The position numbers were made by a program, and so were the translations under genes. A stretch of DNA of 64,000 nucleotides, taken from Eledone cirrhosa. Taxonomy: Eukaryota. The stretch is from the NCBI GenBank assembly GCA_964016885.1, contig OZ024740.1, positions 116,436,001 to 116,500,000 on the forward strand. The letters run 5' to 3'. Shown in pieces: positions 11,901 to 25,960 of this stretch; the stretch's first letter is position 1, and each line of letters begins with the position of its first letter. The notes below the pieces were generated by a model. It made no database searches. It saw only the letters and a list, made by a program, of their open reading frames with translations, and was not told the DNA's origin.

Positions 11901-12579
11901 AGGGTTCGGGTTTAGTTTACAGTTAGGTTTTCTGCTTTCCAGGAAAAAAAGTTGATTCTCTCTGACTTAAGTGGTGTGGTGGAGTGTTGTATAGTATAGT
12001 GTTTCATAGTTTGTTGTATCGCGTAGTATGGTATATTGTTTCGTAGTCATGTAGTGTGGTATAGTGTTTGGCAATGTGGTATAGTATAGTGTTTCATAGT
12101 GTGGTGTAGTATTGTGTTGTGTAGTGCGACATAGGTGGTATAGTATTGTGTTGTGTAGTGCAACATAGTTTGATTATAATAATACAAATAATGATAATAA
12201 TAATAGTAATAATAATAATTGTTCTTCTTGTTCATCTTCTTTGTCTTCTCTGTTTTCTTCTGTGTCTTTGCCTTCTCTTCTTCCATCTAGATACCAAAAG
12301 ATAACAAAGAATGTAAAATATCTCAAACTTTGTGAAATGCCGAGGAGATAAAGTTAATTTAAAGAGCAGTGTGTCCAATAAAGTAGCTTATAGGCTATTT
12401 CATTACTAAAAATCAATGTCAAACTTCAACAAAGTTATATAGAAATATCTTTGAATGTTAAGTTCACTGTTAACATAAAGAGAAAACAGACAATGTATTT
12501 ATAGATATAATACTCATCTTTTATTGATATCAGATAATGAACTGCAACCATGCTGGAGTCTCACATCTACGAGTTTTAG

Positions 12580-13460
12580 TCGAAAGTGACTAACTGACTT
12601 TTGAGGGACAGGTGTGTTTTCCTTGTTCAGTTAAGGTGAAACTGAATAACAGACTCCTGAGTGCCAGAGATGAGTTTTCTCTAAGTTAAGGTGACAGACA
12701 CTAACACACTGCTGAAGACCAGATGTGTGTTTTCACTGCTCAGCTAAGGTGAAACTGTCTAAAATACAGTTCGGGGCAGAGGTAATTTTCATTGCTCAGT
12801 TAGGATGAGTATAACTAACAGGCTGGTGAGGGCTTAACATTTTTTTTACGGCTCAACTAAGGTGATACTGACTAACAGACTATTGAGGGTCTGAGGCGTG
12901 TTTTTACTTCCCAGATAATGTGCCACTGACTAACTGTGTAGGGCCTGAGTTGTGTTTTCATTGCTCAGCTAATGTGATACTGACTAAATGATTGTTGAGG
13001 GCCTGAAGTGGGTTTACATTGTTTATTTAAGGTGGCACAAACTATCGGTCTACTGATGGCCTGAGGTGCGTTTTTGCTGATCAGCTAAGGTGACACTGAC
13101 TAACAGTTTCTTGGATGTTGAGGGCCAGAAGTTTGTTTTTACTACTTCGCTGAAGTGACACTGACAAACAGACCATTGGCTATTAAAGGTCAGAGGTATC
13201 TTTTCACTGCTCAACTAAAGTTATACTGACGAACAGACTTCTGAGGGCCTGGGGTATGTTTTTACTACCCAGCTAATGTGCCACCAACTAACTGTTGAGG
13301 GCATGGGGAGCGTTTTTACTGTTATTGTGACACTAACTAAATGATTGTTGAAGACCTAAGATGTTTTTTTCATTGCTCAATTCAGGTGACATAAATTATC
13401 AGTCTGCTGATTGCCTGAGGTGTATTGTTATTGTGCAGCTAAGCTGACACTGGCTGACAG
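12580..13460. repeat. Diverged ~58-bp minisatellite
   Basis: Consensus ~GACTGTTGAGGGCCTGAGGTGTGTTTTCACTGCTCAGCTAAGGTGACACTGACTAACA, about 15 copies. Confidence 0.85.
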
Positions 13461-14494
13461 ATATGAGTAATCTAACAGCAAACAAATTTATCACATTCAA
13501 TTCACAACTCAACCTCACAACAACATGAACAAAACTGATATTTATCAATTCACAACACAACCTCACAACACCCTAACATCATTCATCACATTCAATTCAC
13601 ATCACAACAATCTCACAACACCTCAACAATCATCACTTTCAATTCACAACACAGCTTCACAATGCTACCTCACAATACAACTTCACAACCCAACCCCACA
13701 ATGTCCCATTACTTTCAAACTTCACAACACTCAACTTGGCATTGGCTATCTAGGGTTTACACTAGAAGACACTTGCCTAAGACACTACTACATAACATAA
13801 AATGCACCCTGTACACTCTGTAAAGTGGTTGATGATACCACGATAAAATAGACTCTAAAGTGGTTGGCAAATGAATGGAAACAATATAGTGTAGAGAAAA
13901 CTCTTCAGTCTGGCCAGACATACAACAGCTCTAGTGCTGGTACCATGATAAACTGCACCCAATACATTCTGTAAAGTGGTTGACAATTGAATAGAGAGGA
14001 CAAACTTTCTTGTGCTGGTGTCACAATAAAATGCACCCAGTACACTTTATAAGTTGGTAGTACTGGTACACGCTGTAAGAGGGTGGTATTAGGAAGGGCA
14101 TCCAGCTATTGAAACCATGATAAACATGGAACACATGTGCAAGATGAAACTCCCCAATCCATCTAGTCATGGACCATGATAACTCATCTGACTGATATTA
14201 GCATGGTAGGGGAACATAAATTGACGACGATGATGATAATACATTCCAGTGCTTTTCGAAGTGTACTGGGAACATTTTATTGTGACACTAGCACTAGGAA
14301 GGTTGTCATGTCTATGACACAATTGAAGTGTCCTCCCAACACTTTGTTTGGCGTGGTTGAGAGGACTCTTTAGTTGTGTCAAATACATGACAACCTCCCT
14401 GGTGATGGCAACTTGATAAAATGCACCCAATACACACTGTAAAGAGCTGAAATTTATGTAAGTGAGTTGCAGGTCCCCGGCTCATCTGAGTAGT

Positions 14495-15005
14495 CAGTTA
14501 AGACTGAACTAAGATCATGTTTGCAGGTCATTATGTTGGCAGTATCGGTAGAGGGTTGGACGCCATGCTTTCTAGCATAGTTACGTCCCTTTATGGTCTG
14601 AGTTCAAATCCCCTCGAGGTTAACTTTGCCTTTCATCCTTACGGGGTCGATAAAATAAAGTACCAGTAATGTACTGAGTAATTGCTGGCCTTGTGCCAAA
14701 AGTAGAAACAATTATGTTAAAACTGAACTGAGATCATATGTACAGTACATTAAGTTAAGACTGAGGTGTAATCATATCTATAGGTCATTAAATTATGACT
14801 GATCTGAAATCATTCATAAGTACAGTTAAGTTAAACCTAAATTGAGATCATAGCTACAGGTCATTAGGTTCAGACTGAACTAAGATCATATCTATAAATT
14901 ATTAGTTTAAGACTGAACTGAGATGATGTCTATAGGTCATTACGTTAAGACTGATGTGTAATCATATCTATAGGTCATTAGGTTAAGATTGAACTGAAAT
15001 CATAC
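14495..15005. repeat. ~38-bp minisatellite interrupted by a SINE
   Basis: Repeats of TTAAGACTGAACTGAGATCATATCTATAGGTCATTAAG. Confidence 0.85.
14537..14715 (+). mobile_element. SINE family A
   Basis: Full-length match to the family A consensus. Confidence 0.85.
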
Positions 15006-15045
15006 CTTCGTCATTGTCTTCTTTGTCTTCGCCTTCTTCGTTTAG

Positions 15046-15316
15046 TCATCTTCGTTTTCATCATCATTTTCATCATCATCATCATGTCCATTTTCATCAT
15101 CATGTCCATTTTCATCATCTCCATTTTCATCATGTCCATTTTCATCATCTCTTTCGTTATCGTCGTTGTCTTTGTTTTCATCACCGTCGTCTGCTTTGTC
15201 TTCCTTTTTCCTCTCGTCCATCTAAATATAAAAAAATTGTATACAAATATATCCGTAGCTGATCTCTCAGACTTTCCCAATGTGCTGAGAAGATAAAGTT
15301 AACAAAGAGTGGTGGG

Positions 15317-15351
<35 letters not shown>

Positions 15352-15960
15352 GGTGTGGTATATTATGGTGTTATGTGGTGTGCGGTCTGGTGTAGTACAG
15401 TATAGTGTGATGTGGTGTGGTATGGAGTGGTGGTGGTGATGGGGGAAGACAGATTAATGTTAATACACATGTAGCATCCACATGTGATGAAGTGGGGGAG
15501 ACAGTGTTCAACTAATTTTAACAATACAGCTAGCATCCATCTACAGGTTATTAAGTTAAACTACAATGAGATCATGCCTTAAAATGAAGGAGTGTTTACT
15601 TACTCGTATCCTTTGAAATAACTTTCTCTTACTGTAATTGGACATACCGGCAAAATAAAAAACAGTATTGTTAGAGTGGACAGTGGTGTCGTGTAGTATG
15701 GTGCAGTGTTGGGTAGAGTGGTGTAGTGCAGTTTTGTGTGATGTAGTGTGGTACAGGTTGTGTGGTGTCTTTTTCATTTTTATCTGTGTGGTGTGGTATA
15801 ATTGATGTGGTGTCGTGTTGTGGCCTTTTTCTTCTTCTGAGTGGTGTGGTATAATTGGTGTGGTGTTGTGTGGTACAGTTAGTGTGGTGGTGTGTGGTGT
15901 TGTCTTCTGTGTAGTGTCGTGTGGCGTTGTCTTCTCTGTGTGGTATAATTGGTGTAGTGT
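15046..15960 (+). repeat. Segment duplicated at ~18508-19420
   Basis: Near-identical CAT-rich, unique and GTGTG-rich blocks in the same order. Confidence 0.9.
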
Positions 15961-16401
15961 TATGTTGTGTGGTACAGTTAGTGTGGTGACGTGTGGTGTG
16001 GTCTTCGTCATCATCTCCTGTGTCTTCTTTTTCTCTTTGATGTAAACACAAAAAAAAAAATTAATCAAGCGTATACGTAGTCTATCTCTCGGACTTTGAC
16101 AAAGTACTGAGGATATAAAGAGTGGTCTGGCATGGTAGAGTGTATTTTGGTGTGGGTTATATTATACAACATCCCCTTTGATTTTAGTGGGAAAAGATTT
16201 TTTCATCCGTTTTTTTCATGTGCTACTAACTAATCCAACCTCCAAGATGTTTGAAACAGACTTTTTTCCCAGGAAAACAGAGGGGGTGAGGTGTTTCTCC
16301 CCCTACCCCAGATAACCCCTGCATACTCGGAATTTTCTCTACAATTTTATTTTCATGCGTTTCAATGAATATGACCTCTAATCCAATCAAAAACAACCCG
16401 C

Positions 16402-18135
16402 TTAGAGTTAGAGTTAGGTTAGCGTTAGAGCGTTAGAGTTAGGTTAGCGTTAGAGTTAGGTTAGCGTTAGAGTTAGGTTAGCGTTAGAGTTAGGTTAGCG
16501 TTAGAGTTAGGTTAGCATTAGAGTTACGTTAGCATTAGAGTTAGGTTAGCATTAGAGTTACGTTAGCATTAGAGTTAGAGTAGAGTTAGAGTAGAGTTAG
16601 AGTAGAGTTAGAGTTAGAGTTGAGTTAGAGTTGAGTTAGAGTTGAGTTAGAGTTGAGTTAGAGTTGAGTTAGAGTTGAGTTAGAGTTGAGTTAGAGTTGA
16701 GTTAGAGTTGAGTTAGAGTTGAGTTAGAGTTGAGTTAGAGTTAGCATTAGAGTTAGAGTTAGAGTTAGCATTAGAGTTAGCATTAGCGTTAGAGTTAGCA
16801 TTAGCGTTAGAGTTAGCATTAGCGTTAGAGTTAGCATTAGCGTTAGAGTTAGCATTAGAGTTAGAGTTAGCATTAGAGTTAGAGTTAGCATTAGAGTTAG
16901 AGTTAGCATTAGCGTTAGAGTTAGCATTAGAGTTAGAGTTAGCATTAGCGTTAGAGTTAGAGTTAGCATTAGCGTTAGAGTTAGCATTAGAGTTAGAGTT
17001 AGCATTAGAGTTAGAGTTAGCATTAGCGTTAGAGTTAGAGTTAGCATTAGAGTTAGAGTTAGCATTAGCGTTAGCATTAGCGTTAGCGTTAGCATTAGCG
17101 TTAGAGTTAGCATTAGAGTTAGAGTTAGCATTAGAGTTAGAGTTAGCGTTAGAGTTAGCATTAGAGTTAGAGTTAGCATTAGAGTTAGCATTAGAGTTAG
17201 AGTTAGCATTAGAGTTAGAGTTAGAGTTAGCATTAGAGTTAGCATTAGCGTTAGAGTTAGCATTAGAGTTAGAGTTAGCGTTAGAGTTAGCATTAGAGTT
17301 AGCATTAGAGTTAGAGTTAGCATTAGAGTTAGAGTTAGCATTAGAGTTAGAGTTAGCATTAGAGTTAGAGTTAGCATTAGAGTTAGAGTTAGCATTAGCG
17401 TTAGAGTTAGCATTAGAGTTAGAGTTAGCATTAGCGTTAGAGTTAGCATTAGCGTTAGAGTTAGCATTAGAGTTAGAGTTAGCATTAGCGTTAGAGTTAG
17501 AGTTAGAGTTAGCATTAGCGTTAGAGTTAGCATTAGAGTTAGAGTTAGCATTAGCGTTAGAGTTAGCGTTAGAGTTAGAGTTAGCATTAGAGTTAGCATT
17601 AGCGTTAGCGTTAGAGTTAGCGTTAGAGTTAGCATTAGAGTTAGCATTAGAGTTAAAGTTAGCATTAGAGTTAGAGTTAGCATTAGAGTTAGAGTTAGCA
17701 TTAGAGTTAGAGTTAGAGTTAGCATTAGAGTTAGCATTAGAGTTAGAGTTAGCATTAGAGTTAGAGTTAGCATTAGAGTTAGAGTTAGCATTAGAGTTAG
17801 AGTTAGCATTAGAGTTAGAGTTAGAGTTAGAGTTAGCATTAGAGTTAGAGTTAGCATTAGAGTTAGAGTTAGCATTAGAGTTAGAGTTAGCATTAGCGTT
17901 AGAGTTAGAGTTAGAGTTAGCATTAGCGTTAGAGTTAGCATTAGAGTTAGAGTTAGAGTTAGCATTAGAGTTAGAGTTAGAATTAGCATTAGCGTTAGAG
18001 TTAGCATTAGAGTTAGCATTAGCATTAGAGTTAGCATTAGCATTAGAGTTAGCATTAGCATTAGAGTTAGCATTAGAGTTAGCATTAGAGTAGAGTAGAG
18101 TTAGGAGTAGAGTAGAGTTAGGAGTAGAGCAGAGC
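16402..18135 (+). repeat. 1.7-kb telomere-variant hexamer array (TTAGAG/TTAGCA/TTAGCG) with 17-mer and 11-mer sub-blocks
   Basis: Directly visible; explains the 453-aa MLTL pseudo-ORF. Confidence 0.95.
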
Positions 18136-18460
18136 AGGCTTAACGTTTGGATTAGTGTTTGTGTTTCTGCTAGTGCTAATGCTAGTGCTAGTGTTAGTGT
18201 TCAGTTAAGTGTTTGTGTGTGTTTGTGTTAGTGTTCCGATTAGCATTAGTGTTAAGTTAACTGTTAGGGTGTGTGTTAGTGATCGCGTTAGGGCAAGTGT
18301 CATTTTTAGGGTTCGGGTTTAGTTTACAGTTAGGTTTTCTGCTTTCCAGGAAAAAAAGTTGATTCTCTCAGACTTAAGTGGTGTGGTGGAGTGTTGTATA
18401 GTATAGTGTTTCATAGTTTGTTGTATCACGTAGTATGGTATATTGTTTCGTAGTCATGTA
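18070..18460 (+). repeat. Duplicate of ~11640-12050
   Basis: The same post-array sequence follows both hexamer arrays. Confidence 0.9.
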
Positions 18461-19429
18461 GTGCTGTATTGTGTTTTGTAGTGTGGTCTGGTGTGGTGTC
18501 GTATAACTCATCTTCGTTTTCATCATCATTTTCATCATCATCATCATGTCCATTTTCATCATCATGTCCATTTTCATCGTCTCCATTTTCATCATGTCCA
18601 TTTTCATCATGTCTTTCGTTATCATCGTTGTCTTTGTTTTCATCACCGTCGTCTGCTTTGTCTTCCTTTTTCCTCTCGTCCATCTAAATATAAAAAAATT
18701 GTATACAAATATATCCGTAGCTGATCTCTCAGACTTTCCCAATGTGCTGAGAAGATAAAGTTAACAAAGAGTGGTGGGATCATATATATATATATATATA
18801 TTTATGGTGTGGTATATTATGGTGTTATGTGGTGTGCGGTCTGGTGTAGTACAGTATAGTGTGATGTGGTGTGGTATGGAGTGGTGGTGGTGATGGGGGA
18901 AGACAGATTAATGTTAATACACATGTAGCATCCACATGTGATGAAGTGGGGGAGACAGTGTTCAACTAATTTTAACAATACAGCTAGCATCCATCTACAG
19001 GTCATTAAGTTAAACTACAATGAGATCATGCCTTAAAATGAAGGAGTGTTTACTTACTCCTCGTATCCTTTGAAATAACTTTCTCTTACTGTAATTGGAC
19101 ATACCGGCAAAATAAAAAACAGTATTGTTAGAGTGGACAGTGGTGTAGTGTAGTATGGTGCAGTGTTGGGTAGAGTGGTGTAGTGTACTGTAGTGCAGTT
19201 TTGTGTGATGTAGTGTGGTACAGGTTGTGTGGTGTCTTTTTCATTTTTATCTGTGTGGTGTGGTATAATTGATGTGGTGTCGTGTTGTGGCCTTTTTCTT
19301 CTTCTGAGTGGTGTGGTATAATTGGTGTGGTGTTGTGTGGTACAGTTAGTGTGGTGGTGTGGTCTTCTGTGTAGTGTCATGTGGCGTTGTCTTCTCTGTG
19401 TGGTATAATTGGTGTAGTGTTGTTGTGTC

Positions 19430-19750
19430 GTGTGGTACAGTTGGTGTGGTATAATTGGTGTAGTGTTGTGTTGTGTGGTACAGTTGGTGTGGTATAATTG
19501 GTGTAGTGTTGTGTTGTGTGGTACAGTTGGTGTGGTATAATTGGTGTAGTGTTGTGTCGTGTGGTACAGTTGGTGTGGTATAATTGGTGTAGTGTTGTGT
19601 CGTGTGGTACAGTTGGTGTGGTATAATTGGTGTAGTGTTGTGTCGTGTGGTACAGTTGGTGTGATATAATTGGTGTAGTGTTGTGTCGTGTGGTACAGTT
19701 GGTGTAGTATAATTGGTGTAGTGTTATGTTGTGTGGTACAGTTGGTGTGG
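19430..19750. repeat. 43-bp minisatellite
   Basis: GTGTGGTACAGTTGGTGTGGTATAATTGGTGTAGTGTTGTGTC, about 7.5 copies. Confidence 0.9.
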
Positions 19751-20208
19751 TATGTGTGGCATGGTCTTCTGGGTGGTGTTGTGTGGTACAGTTGGAGTGG
19801 TACGTATGGTGTTGTCTTCTCGGTGGTTTAGTATAATTGGTGTGGTGTGTGGTACAGTTGGTGTGGTACGTATGGCGTTTTCTTCTGGGTGGTTTAGTAT
19901 AATTGGTGTGGTGTTGTGTGGTACAGTTAGTGTGGTGGTGTGTTGTCGGCTGAGCTCCGGCCGTTTTAACAGCTAGATCAGAGTTCGGGGCCCTGACTCT
20001 TTTCCTATTACCCAGTCTACTATCCGAAGTATTGAGTACTCTGATGCATTATGGTCTACCTTGTATCTTACCACACCTTCTTTGTTATATATACATACAT
20101 ATATTTGTTTTTGCTGAAGCTAGATATGTGACTTTAGTCACTACCTTAAATTCAAAGCGAAATGCCTTCAAAATATTTTTAAATAAACATTATTAAATAT
20201 ACTATACG

Positions 20209-20247
<39 letters not shown>

Positions 20248-20849
20248 GAATATACTTCGTTTTTTAATTTGTTTTGCAAGATTTCTTATCTGAAAATGTG
20301 TGTTGAAACAGATATTGTTATACTTTGTCAGGGTCATGCTTTTGACTTAAAATTTTCCCAAAGGTTGCTTGGGTCAAGTGTGATATTATCTAATGCACTA
20401 TGAAAATTTGTGGACAATATTGAAAGACTTGAAATTTGCCACATTAAGTTTCTTTGGTTCTGTAGTCCCAGAGTGTCTAGTTTTGGGTGTTATAGTTAAA
20501 TTGAGTTTGGCCCTGACTAGTCTATGATCAGTCCAGCCCTCTGCTCCTCTCATTGAGTGCACACTACATACGTCTTTTACATCACATTTTTTTAACTAAG
20601 ATATAATCAATGAGGTGCCAATCCTTAGACCTTGGGTGCATCCAAGTTGTTTTAAACTTATCCTTCTGCTGAAAGTGTTTGTTATTGCAAGTTGATGTTC
20701 AATATAAGAAAGAGAAGAGTGAAATACCATCTCGGTTACACTTTCCCACACCATGCTTACCCAAAGCTGGCTATGTCATGAGATCAGATCTGACCTTTGA
20801 GTTGAAATCACACATAAATACCAGCTTATTAGCAGCTGGTATACTTCTC

Positions 20850-21380
20850 ACCAATTCTCCAGGTTCACTGTAGAATTGTTGAATAGATTCTTCTGGGTGT
20901 GACATTGTAGGAGCATACACACTTATTATGAGGAATCTTCCTTTCTTCAGGTGTAGACAACATAATATAACACATTCTGAAGGACCACTGGGATAATTTT
21001 CAAAAGATGAGAAGAGTTTCTGACAGCAAAGCCAACACCTGATTCTCTCCTTTTACCTTCTGCTACACCTGTCGAGCAAGATTTGTTCACAGGTCTTTAT
21101 TGCCATTTACTAATTTTGTTTGAGACATTATCAAAATATTCTAAAAAGTATTTGAAGGTTTACTGCCAACCATATGACTGGTGTTCATTGCAATTGAAAA
21201 TATTTGAGTGCATATAGCTTGCACAGACCTACCTTCACTTCTTGACCACAGAAGATTTCATTGGTGTGATATATAGAATGAAAAGTCCAAGAACCTCAGA
21301 GGCCTCAGGTTTTTATATCAGAGCTTCCTATCTCCTAGACTAGTTGCCATAACCAGGTTATAGAGGCTAGTCTACCCTAT
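20850..21380 (-). mobile_element. Decayed RTE-type LINE 5' / APE endonuclease fragment
   Basis: Minus-strand LIISVYAPT motif near 20905-20931; RTE-like 5' segment GGCAACTAGTCTAGGAGA near 21330. Confidence 0.5.
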
Positions 21381-22209
21381 AGGTCAGAGATTACTGATAG
21401 TAACCACCACATAATGCAGACCCTCAGTCATCAAAGACCCGGTAATATATCAGAGTTTTTTAAAAATGCTATGTAATAGTGTAAGTGTGAGAGTTGTGGG
21501 TAAACTTGAAAAAATATAAATGCATATATATATATATACAAATACACACACACACAGACATACATTCACACGATATATTTCTTTTTTCCAAGTATATGTA
21601 TATTTTATAAACAGCGTACCTTGGCAGTGGCTGTACATGAAACGTTCTAAAAATGTTAAAGTAATGTGATAGAATAAGTGTGAGAGTTGTTGGTAAAATT
21701 GGAAAACGGACCTTTTTAAATGTAATTGTAATAGAACCTGGGTAAAATTGGAAACAATAAATTCAATGCAGTAATAAAAGTTGTTTAAAATTTGAAAACG
21801 GACAATTTTAAATGAAGATAATAGAGTAACTATGAAAGTTGTTAGAAAAAAAAAACGGACAGTTTTAAATGTAATGGAGTAAAAGTGTACGAATTTTATA
21901 TTACAAATTATCTACGTATTTGTTGTTGCTGAATTCCAAGACAGCATTAATCGAGCGAGCGTGTGTTCCATCTTTTATAATCACGTCTTTCTTTTTTTTG
22001 TAGTATATGTATGTATATTTTATGTACATGAAAAGTTCTAAGAAGGACAACGAAACATTCATACTTATATATATATATATGGAAGAGGGAAGATATATGT
22101 TTATATATACATACCTGGGTGTTATTTTTCTGTATAAACTATTGTTGAACGACCGAACTATCCTAGGTGTTATTGGTAATATATCAATGGCAGCGACTGT
22201 ACATGAAAA

Positions 22210-22445
22210 GTTCTTGAGGTTTCCCGCTCATGTAGGTATCAGGTGTTCTTATGTCTCAAGCAGTTGGACGGTATATTTCTTCTCTCTACTGGGCTGTAGA
22301 AATGAGTTGCGACATCAAAGGCGGCGTGAAGAGACAGGTATGCATTGGCGACTGCTGGTCTTTCACAAACAACTTTGCCCAGACTTGGGCCTCGGAGATG
22401 CAAATCCCATGGTCATTCGTACCGGAAGGCGGTCTTTACCCTTAT
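22210..22445 (+). mobile_element. SINE remnant (third family)
   Basis: GCTGTAGAAATGAG core shared with family B, then a distinct GC-richer tail ending GGTCTTTACCCTT before (TA)n. Confidence 0.5.
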
Positions 22446-22498
22446 ATATATATATGTATATCATCGTTTTTACGTCCATTTCCCGCGCTATATATATT

Positions 22499-22543
<45 letters not shown>

Positions 22544-23405
22544 GTGTGTATATATAAGCCAGATAATTTATTATTTTATTCACAGTTGTTGCTACTATGA
22601 GCATTGCCTAAGACACAAGAAAGAAATTATTTCCTAGGATTTTACAAAACTGTGTGGTTTCACCGAGTTTTTATGTCATTTTAAATAAGTTTTATGTCAA
22701 ATTTGCACATGTGTGTGTTTATATATATATAGAGAGAGAGAGATGTGTGTGTGTGTCGCAACTTTTGCATAAAGATATGTTGAAATATTTTTTCTTGGTT
22801 CAACATTAAAAAAAAACAAAAAGGAGATTTGGGTTCTGTTTATATCATTCTAAAATATAATAAAATGCATGAGTTGAAGGAGATTTGGCTGTTGTGTTTA
22901 GCCTTTTCTTTTATATAAATTTCAATAGTTGGCTTCCGTTTCTAGCATTGTTGTTGACCACATAGATATCCACAAGCAGGGTCGAAATTTCATATTAACC
23001 TCCCTTTGACCGTGATATTTACCTGAGTTTTCTAAAATAGTAACATCAATTATTTGGTTTATAACTTCCATGATAATTCATATTTTTTATTGAAATTTTA
23101 TAGAAATACTTATTAAAGTGTGTAGATTACAGATCTGGAAATTAATATATAAATTTAAAGTAGATTTGAAGAAGACTAGAATATGTAATTAACAGTATAT
23201 TTCTTTATTATTTCTCTCATTTTCTAATACATTAAATATATCTATGGTTTGAGGGAGATTTCGTTACTACTACTAGCATTGCCTAAGACACCAGAAAAAA
23301 AACTATTTCACAGGTGTTCCCATAATTTTACAAAACTGTGTAGTTTGAGGGAGATTTGATTTTATTCTTAATAAATTTGATGCCATATTTATATATGTGG
23401 GTGTT

Positions 23406-23481
<76 letters not shown>

Positions 23482-23782
23482 AAATGTCGTTGGTAAACAC
23501 AAATATATGAAAGAGAAAAAAAGAAGAAAAAAGTGGAGTGCAGCAAAATCAGATGTGCTTGTTTAAAGATGGCATATAAGTTATCTAGATTTTTCTAGTT
23601 GTTATTTTTTATTATACAATAATTTCTTGTTAATTGAAAATAGGATAAATTTAAAAAAAGATAATAAAATGTTTACCGGTGTTATTTTTTAAATATTTTC
23701 TTATTCAATGTCATTGTTTTATTCAACAGTCAGTTCAAACACTTTACTGCACACAAACACAGAAACTCACAAACACACACAG

Positions 23783-23962
<180 letters not shown>

Positions 23963-24959
23963 GCGCGTGCTAACAATATTGATGTCGTCTGCTTTTCGGT
24001 CACGTGATACTTTTCTCCCTCTCTCTCTCTCTAGTTCTCACTATCACCTTCCCTCATACTTACATGTCATTTCGTACTTGTTTAGAATTTTCATTTTTAA
24101 TGATACAGCAATACACAAAATATTTAATCAAACAGGGCTCTCGTTTTGTCACACACACAGGCGCGCGTGTAACCATCCGTGTTTGTGTTTACGTTCCGTA
24201 GATAGCAGTTGAACAAAATGAGATCGACAAAATATGTACCATATTTGAAAAAAATAAGTATTGGGGTCGCTCGCTATGAAGGAATAAATCACTTTAAAGA
24301 GATGACCAGGTATGACCACAATCTAATGACTGAAACAAGTAAAAGAAAAATAGAAAAGATTATCTAATCTATATTCATAACCAATCCAGGGCCTTCTCAC
24401 TCCTGTTGAAGGAACCCCTCCCCAGTTGACCTCCACTACTTTCTGTTTGATTTTGGTCATGTCCGGGGTGTAGTCGTACTCACCACGCTTGACCAATTGT
24501 GGGTTGGTGAGGCACTTTAGCCGATAGGGGTGGATAGCCGTTGACTCTGAGGAGTTCATCGGCCTTTTTAACAGCTCTTGTTTTTTGTGCTGCTGGGTGA
24601 GTCTGGTGGGTGAACCGGTTTAGTTGCTAACCACTCGACTATGAAGCAGGCTGTTCTGGGTTACATGGTATCACTACATAAATGGTAGCATAAATATTCG
24701 TATCGGTAGAATACTGGTCACATACCAGGGAGATTAGCAGCGAGTATCCTATCTATATATACAAGATAATATTGTTAAATCTACAGGAGAAATGTCGAAA
24801 TCGTTTAATATTGAAGAGGAAATCACTTGAATAAAATATTACTTGGATCAGATAATTTAAAAGTACAAGGGAAGTAAATCTTGAAATATACAGAATGCCC
24901 AGCAGGAATTCTTTCCCTTTGATTGTTACTCTACCCAGTTTAAAGTGCAAGGAAACGTT

Positions 24960-25235
24960 GAATTGAGAGATCACAGTTCCGATACTTCCGGTATGAGACT
25001 AGAATGCCTCAGGAAAAATTCGCTGGACAGATTTTACGGGCAAAACCAGCTGGTAGGAGACCCAGGGGTAGACACCGAGCAAAATGATTGGATGACATCC
25101 ATGAACTTGGCTGAACTCGCTTGGGGATCCAGCGGGATCAGCTGGAGACGTTTGCTTCTGACAGGACCTGCTGAAAGGAGTGTTTAAAGACTGCTCCCAC
25201 GGCCCCTAATACGGAGGCGCTTATGGAAAAGGACG
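24960..25235 (+). mobile_element. RTE LINE 3' fragment
   Basis: Homologous to 34100-34350 (GRRPRGRP region). Confidence 0.7.
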
Positions 25236-25237
25236 AA

Positions 25238-25960
25238 GAAAGTCGGGTAACTGGATTGATGCTCTGTCTGTAGCCAACATTGGTGGTCTTCTCAGTCAGG
25301 AGGAGCTCCGCATCTCCATTGCACATCGAGTGTGAGCCGACATCGGTTGGTGTCTGAGATGCCGCTGTGGTAAATCCCTCGACTCCACAGGCCTCCATGA
25401 ATTGTCCTGCCATTTGAATGCTGGTCGTTTTGCCCGCCACACCGAGCTAAATCTGGTCATCAAATGGGCCCTGGCTCGGCTAAATATTCCCTCAGTTCTG
25501 TATCCGGCTGTTTTATTCAGAAGCGATGAGAAGAAACCAGAGGGCCTTACCCTTTTGTCCTTGGGTAAGAGGTATGTGTCTCATCTGGGACGCCACAGTC
25601 AGTGACTCTTTTGCTGTCTCACACAGCATGGACGCTGTGATAAATTTGTGTGGGGGGAGGCTGCTCCTGATGCCGAACTGAATAAAATTCGTAAATACTT
25701 AGATTTATCCAGTAATTACTTTTTCCGGCCTATGGTATCCGAGACGTTTGGTGGAGTTAGGCCGCTGACAGTGAAGCTCTTGTCATCGCTGGCGGCTCGC
25801 CTTACTGAGGTGTCAGATGATACCCGTGAGGGTGCCTGGTTATCTTAGCCTTGCCATCACCCGTGGCAATGCTGCGAGCAATTGGCTTGCCTCAAAGTGT
25901 TTAGTTAACCCTTATGATGTGATGTGCAGCCGACTGTCGCTCTTGGTGATGAATTTCCCC
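25238..25960 (+). mobile_element. Decayed CRE-like non-LTR retrotransposon 3' part (zinc knuckle plus restriction-like endonuclease)
   Basis: Reads CRCGKSLDSTGLHELSC, RFARHTELN, WDATV, AELNKIRKY, PMVSETFG, AITRGNA across frameshifts. Confidence 0.75.

Noticed and set aside
12709-12774. Hammerhead-like CTGAAGA...GAAACTGT...ACAGTT inside the 58-bp minisatellite
   Set aside because: Present in one unit only; the consensus has TTGAGGG, GACA and CAGAC, and stems I and II are weak, so chance is likely
15011-16068. His/Met/Asp/Thr-rich ORFs (also 18374-18758 and 31070-31402)
   Set aside because: Products of (CAT)n and (GTGTG)n low-complexity DNA
16724-18085. 453-aa MLTL ORF
   Set aside because: Translation of the hexamer array
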